Below, piece after piece: positions 35,148 through 43,266 of a stretch of DNA of 54,336 nucleotides. Each line of letters begins with the position of its first letter. Within the stretch, counting starts at the first letter, position 1. The notes beneath the pieces were generated by a model. The model had not been told where the DNA came from. It worked only from the letters and a program-made list of their open reading frames with translations, and did not search any database. The DNA comes from Candidatus Hodarchaeota archaeon (GTDB lineage Archaea > Asgardarchaeota > Heimdallarchaeia > Hodarchaeales > Hodarchaeaceae), in contig JAEOTM010000070.1 in the NCBI GenBank assembly GCA_016839815.1, positions 1-54,336 on the forward strand. The letters are read 5' to 3'. The translations under genes and the position numbers were made by a program.

Positions 35148-36512
35148 ATGAGCGAATCTTATGAGCATGAATGGTTGGCTACTTACCATAAAGGTGATAC
35201 GAGACTTCAAAATAAGCGTCATGGGATCTTAAGGATAAATGTGAAAAAAGAAAGACTAGAATTTGCAGTTCAGACTAAAGAAGCGGAAGAGGCTCCTTTT
35301 ATTCTCGTTAATTATCCTATTAAGTATTTACAAGAGATTAAAAAGATTGAAAGAAGGAAAAAACTGAGGAAGCATGATTATCTAGAATTTACTTTTGGCA
35401 CTCCTCCTAATTTAATGAAACCCATATTTTCGTTTAATTTAGTAGAGATTGATACTATTTCAAAAGATATTCAAAAATTTCAAGAAGAAGTGAAACGTAC
35501 CTCTATACAAAAAACTTCCTCTGCTGAATCTGATTTTGTCAAGACGATTTCTACATTATTGATGAAACCAGTAGAACAGTTTCAACATCTGTTGGATGAT
35601 GTAACCTCTCAATTGCGTATTCTCACAAGTAAACCCAAATCAATAGGTTCAAAAATAATTACATCTCTGGAGGGACCACAAGAAATTGATGTTCAGGAAA
35701 TTTCCTTACAGAATCGGATAATTCGGTACTACCAAACATCAAATAAACATGATCTCACCTTTATTTTGTTATCACCTATAGGAGGGAAATTAGAAGATTA
35801 TCTCCCCATGAATAAATCCCTCTTGACTGGCAATTTTAACTCTGTTTACCTTGGTATTAGAGGTTTTACCTCTCCGATTGAACAAGATACTCAATTCAAA
35901 TTAAAAAACTATATTCAGGACCTAAGCAACGTAATAGAATTTCTCGCCCCTAATAAAAGGATTATTCTAGGAGCTCATTCTCTCATGTCAGCAATTATTT
36001 TTGATGAATTTATGAAAGAAGAATATACAAATATTGAGAAGTTTGTGATACTATCAGGTTTACATCGAGCCCCTAGAACATTCAGAAATGGTGTAAAAGC
36101 ATTACCTCCCACAAAACTCTGGGGACCTTTCAGAGGACAAGTAAAGAAAATGGCCCCCAAAATTCTTTTTTCTACTTCTAGTTCAGTGGAAATCCATCAA
36201 TCTTTTGTTAAAGAGGCGTTTCGAGTTCCAGATAAGGTCTACTCAAGTATCTTTAGAGATTTTTTACCAAAATTCGATTATACTGACATTTTAAAAAGAA
36301 ATAATAAGCCAATCTTATGCTTATGGGGAGAAGAGGATCAAATTATACCGAGGGAGTTAAGAGAGGAAATGAAACAGATTCTATCAGGACAGAATTTCTA
36401 TCACAAGACTCTTCCTGGTGGACATATGTTTCCCCTTGAATCTCCATTGCGAGTTGGACAAGAAATTACTAAATTCATATATGCGAAAAGGAGTAGAATC
36501 CAAATTGAATAA
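35148..36512 (+). CDS. Alpha/beta-hydrolase-fold protein with an N-terminal PH/GRAM-like domain
   Basis: C-terminal GIRGF, LGAHSL, PILCLWGEEDQIIP, GGHMFPLE; N-terminal beta-rich domain followed by a helix. Confidence 0.75.
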   Translation: MSESYEHEWLATYHKGDTRLQNKRHGILRINVKKERLEFAVQTKEAEEAPFILVNYPIKYLQEIKKIERRKKLRKHDYLEFTFGTPPNLMKPIFSFNLVEIDTISKDIQKFQEEVKRTSIQKTSSAESDFVKTISTLLMKPVEQFQHLLDDVTSQLRILTSKPKSIGSKIITSLEGPQEIDVQEISLQNRIIRYYQTSNKHDLTFILLSPIGGKLEDYLPMNKSLLTGNFNSVYLGIRGFTSPIEQDTQFKLKNYIQDLSNVIEFLAPNKRIILGAHSLMSAIIFDEFMKEEYTNIEKFVILSGLHRAPRTFRNGVKALPPTKLWGPFRGQVKKMAPKILFSTSSSVEIHQSFVKEAFRVPDKVYSSIFRDFLPKFDYTDILKRNNKPILCLWGEEDQIIPRELREEMKQILSGQNFYHKTLPGGHMFPLESPLRVGQEITKFIYAKRSRIQIE

Positions 36513-36831
36513 CCAGATTGAACCCAAATTTTTTACTTTAAAATTTGATGATAAGAGCGAATGGAGCAATTTCAAGGAAGATTTGAAGAGCATTTTACGT
36601 GAAAGAGATATTAAATATCAATATTCAGAAAAAGTACCAACATTTCATATTTTATATCAGAGTCAGGAAATAAGATTACGGATAGATTGGCAAGATGATA
36701 GTCTTATCGTAAATCTTCAGATCTCTCAACCTTTAACTGCAGAGATACAGGATGCATGTAATGAAATATACGAGATATTACTACTCTTTGGAGGGAACCT
36801 CATAAATGGGAACTCCCCCTATGATTGGTAG
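36505..36831 (+). CDS. Hypothetical protein
   Basis: ORF 36418..36831; in-frame TTG at 36505 overlapping the upstream stop is the likelier start. Confidence 0.55.
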   Translation: MNNQIEPKFFTLKFDDKSEWSNFKEDLKSILRERDIKYQYSEKVPTFHILYQSQEIRLRIDWQDDSLIVNLQISQPLTAEIQDACNEIYEILLLFGGNLINGNSPYDW

Positions 36832-36835
36832 AGCG

Positions 36836-37060
36836 TTATTCTATACATGATTCGTCAAGTGCTTTTATAAAATCCTTTAAAATCGTGTAAAAAGGACGAA
36901 ACTGTCCTTCTTCCCACTTTGCAGCAATAGATTTGTAGAGATCACCTTCCAAGATTAGTTTAAGACCTGTTGCTGTTTGTTGGACCGATATTCCGTCAGT
37001 ATCCATATTGAACCCAAGGTGAATTATTATATTGTTTCGAGTTCTAGGATTCTGAACCAT
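36836..37060 (-). CDS. Small hypothetical protein
   Basis: 74-aa ATG ORF filling the gap downstream of porB. Confidence 0.5.
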   Translation of the reverse strand: MVQNPRTRNNIIIHLGFNMDTDGISVQQTATGLKLILEGDLYKSIAAKWEEGQFRPFYTILKDFIKALDESCIE

Positions 37061-37114
37061 TAAAAAACTTATACTAGAAAAAAGTATTAAGAAAAAAGGA
37101 TTGGATGGGAGTGG

Positions 37115-38062
37115 TTAAACTCCACACTTGGTTTTTATTTCTTCCCACCGTTTATCGACATCTTCCTGAAACAATTTTATGAGATCATCTCGTCTTTCAG
37201 GTCTATACAAGTGTCTAAATCGTCCTTGTGCCTTAAGATATTCTTCAACAGACTTTTTCTTGCTTGAATCATTGGCAATACGTAAACTTGGACGATCCAT
37301 TGTATATTCTCCGTTGATTACGCGATAAAGTGGATGAACACATGTTTGAACAGCCAATCGTGTGATTTCAATTGAAAGAGATGGATCAAATCTTTGTCCA
37401 CGAGTACACGAGGCATCTACATGTATAAAAGCTGGTCCTTCAACATCTAATCCCTGTCTCACTTTTTCAATCAAGTCTTTGGGCTCTGCAGGAACAGCTG
37501 TTGCAACAAATGGAATTCTATGTGCAACCACGATATCTACGAGAGGTTTTTTAAATTGGCCTTTTCCAGGGACAACTGTTCCCGCCGGGGAAGTTGTTGT
37601 GCTTGCAGTGAATGGAGTTCCACCAGAACGTTGGATACCAGTGTTCATATAGGCCCCATTGTCATAACAAATGTAGAGGAAATCATGACCTCTTTCTAAT
37701 GCACCTGAAAGTGATTGTATACCAATATCAAAAGTACCACCATCACCACCAAAGGCAACAATGTCTATATGTTCGTCTTTGATCATGTTTTTACGACGCA
37801 TGGCTTTGTATGCAGCTTCAACCCCACTAGCAACCGCAGATGTATTTTCGAAAGCAACATGTAACCATGGAACTTCCCATGCAGTAAAGGGGTAGATAGT
37901 GCTAGCAACTTCCAAGCAACCTGTTGCATTACAAATTACTGTAGGCTTGTCGAATGCCATTGTGACTTGACGTGCCATAGATCCTGCTGCACATCCAGCA
38001 CATAACCGATGTCCACCTGAAAAGTGAACGTCTTTTTTTGCATAATCTTTGAGTGTAGGCAT
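37115..38062 (-). CDS. porB: Pyruvate/2-oxoacid:ferredoxin oxidoreductase beta subunit
   Basis: GHRLCAGC, NATGCLEV, GGDGGTFDIG TPP motif, YDNGAYMNTGIQRS; GGAGGA SD upstream of the ATG at 38062. Confidence 0.95.
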   Translation of the reverse strand: MPTLKDYAKKDVHFSGGHRLCAGCAAGSMARQVTMAFDKPTVICNATGCLEVASTIYPFTAWEVPWLHVAFENTSAVASGVEAAYKAMRRKNMIKDEHIDIVAFGGDGGTFDIGIQSLSGALERGHDFLYICYDNGAYMNTGIQRSGGTPFTASTTTSPAGTVVPGKGQFKKPLVDIVVAHRIPFVATAVPAEPKDLIEKVRQGLDVEGPAFIHVDASCTRGQRFDPSLSIEITRLAVQTCVHPLYRVINGEYTMDRPSLRIANDSSKKKSVEEYLKAQGRFRHLYRPERRDDLIKLFQEDVDKRWEEIKTKCGV

Positions 38063-38073
38063 ATTCATTCCTC

Positions 38074-39249
38074 CTATTCTCGGACACCCCACCAGAAATA
38101 AGGAAGGTTTTTACCTTCATTAAAACCTTTTTTTGATCGATTGTAGATTTCTACCCATTCTTTAACTAAACAATCTCGTCCTCCTAATCCATAGCAATAT
38201 TCTGCAATATAGGGAGTTTGTTTTGCATCGAATAGAGTTGATTTTACATCCTGTCCTAAGATACCACCTGGGCTTCCAAAAGAGTGTGCACGTTCAACTG
38301 AAATTACACCTTTTAGGTTCTTCGTTAGATTGGAGAATTCTTCTCCGAACCAAGGACGGTAGACTCTTACTTTTATAAGACCGACTCTTTCACCTTTAGC
38401 ACGCAACTCATCGATTGCGGTTCGTGCATTACCTGCTCCACTACCCATTGTGACAAATGCGTACTCTGCATCATCCATTTGATAGCCTTCGATAGGATTG
38501 TATTCTCGGCCAGTGAGCTTTTGCCATTCACTGAATGTTTCACAAATAACGCGTTTAGATCGTTGTTGGGCATCTCTAACTTGAGCACGAGCTTCCATGT
38601 AATAATCCTGAAGATGTAGTAGACCAATACTTACTGGATTATCTGGATCTAATCGTAAAGTCGATTTTCGTTCTCCTCCGAGAAAATTAGAAACGAATTC
38701 TCGAGTTACTGGTTCAATACCCTCAATCGCGTGTGAAAGGATAAAACCATCAATCCCAACGGCAACTGGAAGAAGCACTTCAGGATGCTCACCGATTTTG
38801 AAAGCCATTATTGTCTGATCATACGCTTCTTGATTAGTCTCAGCAAATTGGCTTATCCAACCACTATCTCTGAATAAAAGTTGATCAGTCTGTTCTCCAT
38901 GAATATTAATAGGACCAGAAATCGCTCGGTTTGCCACTGCACAGACAATTGGAGTCCGTGAAGAAGAGGCAATTTGGACTATTTCATACATTAACATAAG
39001 TCCAGCACTTGCGGACGAAGTAAATACTCTTCCACCAGCTGTACTTGCTCCAATACAAGCGGACATTGCTGAATGTTCAGATTCAACACATACAAATTCG
39101 GTATCGACTTCTCCATCTGCAACAAAGTCGGAAAATCGTTCTACAATAATGGTTTGTGGAGTAATAGGATATGCAGCTACTACATCAGGGTTAACTAGTT
39201 TAGCTGCTTGGGCGATTGCATCATCACCAGTAACGGCAATTTTACTCAT
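38074..39249 (-). CDS. porA: Pyruvate/2-oxoacid:ferredoxin oxidoreductase alpha subunit
   Basis: AAYPITPQT, VESEHSAMS, NRAISGPINIH, GLGGRD; ATGA overlap with the porD stop. Confidence 0.95.
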   Translation of the reverse strand: MSKIAVTGDDAIAQAAKLVNPDVVAAYPITPQTIIVERFSDFVADGEVDTEFVCVESEHSAMSACIGASTAGGRVFTSSASAGLMLMYEIVQIASSSRTPIVCAVANRAISGPINIHGEQTDQLLFRDSGWISQFAETNQEAYDQTIMAFKIGEHPEVLLPVAVGIDGFILSHAIEGIEPVTREFVSNFLGGERKSTLRLDPDNPVSIGLLHLQDYYMEARAQVRDAQQRSKRVICETFSEWQKLTGREYNPIEGYQMDDAEYAFVTMGSGAGNARTAIDELRAKGERVGLIKVRVYRPWFGEEFSNLTKNLKGVISVERAHSFGSPGGILGQDVKSTLFDAKQTPYIAEYCYGLGGRDCLVKEWVEIYNRSKKGFNEGKNLPYFWWGVRE

Positions 39250-39599
39250 TTTAATTCCTCCATAACAATTGCTTTTTCTCCTTTCCTTCCTGGACATTCA
39301 TGTGCACAGACACCACATCCTTTACAATAAAACATATTGAACTCAGGATGAGCTTTTCCATCTTCACCAGCTACCATTGTAATCGCACTATCTGGGCAAT
39401 AAAAATAGCATTTAAAGCAGCTAGTACAATTTTCAACAATTAATTTTGGTTGTTGGGCAGCCCAATCACCTGTTCGGAAGAATTTTGCTGTTCCTGCGGG
39501 TGTCGAACCTGCCATGGGGAGATTTTTATAACCCCATTTTTCTGCTACCCATTTTTTAAATTCCTCATCACTAATATCTGTAGGTATTACGTCTGGCAT
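39246..39599 (-). CDS. porD: Pyruvate/2-oxoacid:ferredoxin oxidoreductase delta subunit (2x[4Fe-4S])
   Basis: TGDW, CTSCFKCYFYCPD and YCKGCGVCAHECP. Confidence 0.93.
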   Translation of the reverse strand: MPDVIPTDISDEEFKKWVAEKWGYKNLPMAGSTPAGTAKFFRTGDWAAQQPKLIVENCTSCFKCYFYCPDSAITMVAGEDGKAHPEFNMFYCKGCGVCAHECPGRKGEKAIVMEELK

Positions 39600-40177
39600 T
39601 ACATTGAAACCTCCGAGTAAGAACGTTTGATTGCTCTAATATTTTTTTCAGCAATTGCTCCTTTCCCTTTAAAACGATTGTTAATTGCTTTTTCAAGGAT
39701 GTCTAGCTTTATGATTTTGTTCTCAGTTACCTTACATAAAGCACCAAGGATTGCAGTGTTGGTAACAGAGAGACCAATTTCTTCTTTCGCAATTTTCGAT
39801 GCATCGACCGTAGCAAATTTTGCATCAGGGCGTTTCTGTTTAACGGAAAGAACATCCGCTTTGCTTGGATCATTGGTGTTTACTAATATTAATCCCCCTT
39901 CTTGTAATCCTGCAGTCACATCAATTTGACTGAGAAGAGAGGGGTCTTGTACGACGACCACGTCTGGTTCGTATACTTCTGTCTTCATATAGAACTTTTC
40001 GTCAGATATTCGCGCAAATGCAGCGATTGGAGCACCACTCCGTTCCGGACCAAAAGTTGGGAAGGCGTGAACATATTTATCATCTAGTAGTGCAGCCTCA
40101 GCTATCAAATAACTACTAGTCATGACACCTTGTCCACCTCTACCATGTAATCGGATATCAATTATATTAACTGTCAA
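39599..40177 (-). CDS. porG: Pyruvate/2-oxoacid:ferredoxin oxidoreductase gamma subunit
   Basis: IRLHGRGGQG, FPTFGPERSGAP, PDVVVVQD, NTAILGA. Confidence 0.95.
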   Translation of the reverse strand: MTVNIIDIRLHGRGGQGVMTSSYLIAEAALLDDKYVHAFPTFGPERSGAPIAAFARISDEKFYMKTEVYEPDVVVVQDPSLLSQIDVTAGLQEGGLILVNTNDPSKADVLSVKQKRPDAKFATVDASKIAKEEIGLSVTNTAILGALCKVTENKIIKLDILEKAINNRFKGKGAIAEKNIRAIKRSYSEVSM

Positions 40178-40479
40178 AACAAGTACATCTCCTAGTTATT
40201 AAGAGCACATTAACTAGCTCTAATAACCTTACTAGGCAAATAAAAGATCCCGAGGATCATTATTAGATTTATTGCTTAACAATGGTAAACATCCATTTCT
40301 TCCTCGTTTTATCATACCTTTTAGGATCATGAGGAGGCTATATAAGTAATTGAATCTCAATATACATAGAGTTATAATCGAAAGATGTTCCATCAAGAAT
40401 GGAACGTATACAGAGCAACTTCACTCCCTCCCTACTGGAGAAATTAGTTCTTAACCGAATAATATGGGGAATAAAATCG

Positions 40480-41004
40480 ATGAAGGATAGATATGTTTTG
40501 AAAATTTGTTCTTCAGGCTCTTACCAAGTAGGTAAAACATCGCTTATTAGACGGTACGCTGAAGAGGCATTTTCTACTAATTATATGCCCACCATTGGAG
40601 TTGACATCACAACTAAAGTGATAACCATTAATAAACAGGAAGTAAAATTAATTCTACATGATACAGCAGGGCAGGAGTATTTTGGAAAACTTCGGAAGTT
40701 CTATTACGAAGGATCAGTTGGTTGTCTGATAGTATATGACATAACCCGGAGGGAGACTTTCGAGACATTAGAGTATTGGATAAATGATTATCGCAGTGTT
40801 CAGGGTGAAGAGAAGTCAATCGCAATAATCGGCAATAAAATCGATTTAGAGGACGAAAGAAAAGTATCAACTGAAGAAGGAAATTCTTTAGCTAAATCCT
40901 TTAATATTCCTTTCTATGAATGTTCTGCGAAAATTGGAGGGGATGTTATTCCTGAAATCTATACAACACTTGTTAAGCACAATATCGAACGAATAGAAAC
41001 ATGA
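40480..41004 (+). CDS. Rab-like small GTPase
   Basis: GSYQVGKT, YMPTIGVD, DTAGQE, YYEGS, IVYDIT, NKID, CSAK; ATG at 40480 preferred over 40399. Confidence 0.95.
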   Translation: MKDRYVLKICSSGSYQVGKTSLIRRYAEEAFSTNYMPTIGVDITTKVITINKQEVKLILHDTAGQEYFGKLRKFYYEGSVGCLIVYDITRRETFETLEYWINDYRSVQGEEKSIAIIGNKIDLEDERKVSTEEGNSLAKSFNIPFYECSAKIGGDVIPEIYTTLVKHNIERIET

Positions 41005-41011
41005 GAAGCGG

Positions 41012-42190
41012 TTATTCTTCTTCTCGTCGATCTTCAGATTGAATTTCTGAGATTTCTTTGATGACAGGGGTGGTTTCCACAAACTGATCGTTTGTAACGC
41101 TTGATTCTTCCTCATCGATTTGAGGACTCGCATCTTCTACAGATGGTGTAATCAGTTCCTCGGCAATCGTTTCTTCTTCCTCTGTATCAGATTGAGTATC
41201 TGTTAATGAAGGAGTTTCTAACGGTTTTTTTTCCTCTGGTTCTTCTTCTTCTTCTGGTTCCTCTTCTTCAAAGTCACCCATTAACCGCTTCAATCTCCAT
41301 AACATCTGAAGTTTTAATCGTCGACTTTCATTATCAAATCCAAAAGCTTTAGCAAATTTTGGTGTACTTGTGAAGATAAGGGATCTCGATCGTTGTTCGC
41401 TAATGATGAACTCCTGTTCTTCTAATTTTCTGCATATCTCAGCGACCTTAATTGGCCCTATTCCTACAACCATTTTCTTTACCAACGCTAGTGAGATTGG
41501 TTGCCGATAAGCAATTTCAGTCAAAACTCTTCGCTCTTCTGGTAAGAGAAATTGGTCGGGTAAGATAGATTGGAAAAACTCGTGAAGCAGAGGATTGAGC
41601 TGCATGACCCACCGGTCTTTTGAGATTTCTTCAATTACTATTGCTGAAGTCCGTTTTCTTTTTCGACTGAGTCTTCTTATTGCACGTTTTATTGTAGGAG
41701 AGTCTTCCTCGAAATTATCTATAAGTTCACTTGAGTGGATGGGTCTTCCAACAGAAAAGAGAGCCCCTTCAATTCGTTCTTCGAGTGAAGCAGGAGGAAT
41801 TTCTTTTCTAGTCACGACATATCCTTCTTCTCTTTGATATTCTTCCCCTATTGAAAATTGACTAATGACTTGTGGGGAAATAAAATCTGTAAAGGATGAA
41901 TCTTGTTCAATTACGTTTTGAATAAAAGGAAGGATGAGTTGTTGTTCAGAGGGTGTTTCATCTATCAAAAGAGTTTCAGGAATAATCTTGGTTAAATGGG
42001 CGAATTTATCTTCAAAGGGTGTTTCTTTCATCTCATAGACATTTTCTTCTTTTACTGGCACTTCAGAGGAATTATCTTCGATTTTTTCAAAGGAAACTGG
42101 TACTTCTTCTGATATTTCTTCAGTGGGAAGCTTTTCTTCAACAGGTTCTTTTGGTTCCTCTTTTTTCTTTCTCCGAAATAAACGAAACAT
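41012..42190 (-). CDS. scpB: ScpB/KITE-family protein with long acidic N- and C-terminal extensions
   Basis: IEGALFSVGRPI, VLTEIAYRQPIS, TSTPKFAKAFG tandem winged-helix signatures. Confidence 0.8.
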   Translation of the reverse strand: MFRLFRRKKKEEPKEPVEEKLPTEEISEEVPVSFEKIEDNSSEVPVKEENVYEMKETPFEDKFAHLTKIIPETLLIDETPSEQQLILPFIQNVIEQDSSFTDFISPQVISQFSIGEEYQREEGYVVTRKEIPPASLEERIEGALFSVGRPIHSSELIDNFEEDSPTIKRAIRRLSRKRKRTSAIVIEEISKDRWVMQLNPLLHEFFQSILPDQFLLPEERRVLTEIAYRQPISLALVKKMVVGIGPIKVAEICRKLEEQEFIISEQRSRSLIFTSTPKFAKAFGFDNESRRLKLQMLWRLKRLMGDFEEEEPEEEEEPEEKKPLETPSLTDTQSDTEEEETIAEELITPSVEDASPQIDEEESSVTNDQFVETTPVIKEISEIQSEDRREEE

Positions 42191-42213
42191 ATTTTTTCCT
42201 CATGTAAGAGTAT

Positions 42214-42777
42214 TTAATCAGTCATCTGAAGTTGGCTCATAGCGTAATCCTTGAGGCCCATTTGAATAGCGATTTTTGTTTCTTTAGGTTCGTGTGGAAG
42301 TTTGAATAAGTTTAAGAAATCTTCTGTCACAGTTATTTCTTTCTTATTTCCCTTAGGAGTTACATTAATCAAAGACATGGTTTGTAATTCATCCAGGTCC
42401 TGTGTAACGGGTTTTCCGAAAATCCGGATCAACTTACTGGGACTTACGGTTTCTTCCAAAACATATTCTTTGAAGGCAATCAGACTTAATATCTTTAGTA
42501 GATGTCTTGGAACGTCACTTCGTTTTATGAAAGGCCAATGTAGATGTGCTGCAACTTCATCCCGAATTTTTAATTGTACCACGTTATCTTCCAAATTAAT
42601 AATCTGATAAGCGGTATTTTTATCTATATGCTCGTCTCTGATTTCCTCAATATAGCGTTCTATTTCATTTTCATCTTTTTGGATGATTTCTGATAATTCA
42701 TGATAGGTAACTGGCCGATCAAAGAGAAATAATGCTGCTTCAAGAATGTCTGTTTCGTTTAATGAATTTAAATCCAC
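42214..42777 (-). CDS. scpB: Second, divergent ScpB/KITE-family protein
   Basis: ILEAALFLFDRPVT, LKILSLIAFK, VTEDFLNLFKL. Confidence 0.75.
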   Translation of the reverse strand: MDLNSLNETDILEAALFLFDRPVTYHELSEIIQKDENEIERYIEEIRDEHIDKNTAYQIINLEDNVVQLKIRDEVAAHLHWPFIKRSDVPRHLLKILSLIAFKEYVLEETVSPSKLIRIFGKPVTQDLDELQTMSLINVTPKGNKKEITVTEDFLNLFKLPHEPKETKIAIQMGLKDYAMSQLQMTD

Positions 42778-43266
42778 GTATGATTCACCAAGTTATCCTA
42801 AATTGTAGGACGAATACAAGATTTATAATAATTTTTCAATAAGAATCTTGTTAATAATTATTGAGTTTGTACTCTTGGTTATACGAATGAAGGAAAACTA
42901 CCATTTTATTCGAGGTTCTGGAAGTAGAACTTATAATAATACGGAAATGGAAGATTAATTGAACAACACTGTACATGTAACTTCCTTAGCAACATTCATT
43001 ATTATAGAATTTGATGTACCATCTGCTTTTTCCTATTATCTTAGAAAGAGTATCTTTATAACATCTGATTAGCTGGTATATTAAGCGAGTATCTTATTTG
43101 AGGATTGCGCTTTCTAAAACAGATACTAAACTAACTATTCTCATTAAGAGATTAACATTGAGGAAAAGTTGTCATCTGGATAGGAGATTTGGTTAAACTA
43201 CCCGGTGTTGAAATTTAGAACTGATTGGATTCAAGAAGACGTGATCAATCCACAAATGAGAAATAA

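Noticed and set aside
38373-39929. Alternative ORFs overlapping the por operon
   Set aside because: Off-frame or antisense to well-conserved por genes.
42778-43266. ~490-bp intergenic region as ncRNA, replication origin or CRISPR
   Set aside because: No repeats, ORB-like boxes, tRNA fold or substantial ORF seen; consistent with a divergent promoter region.
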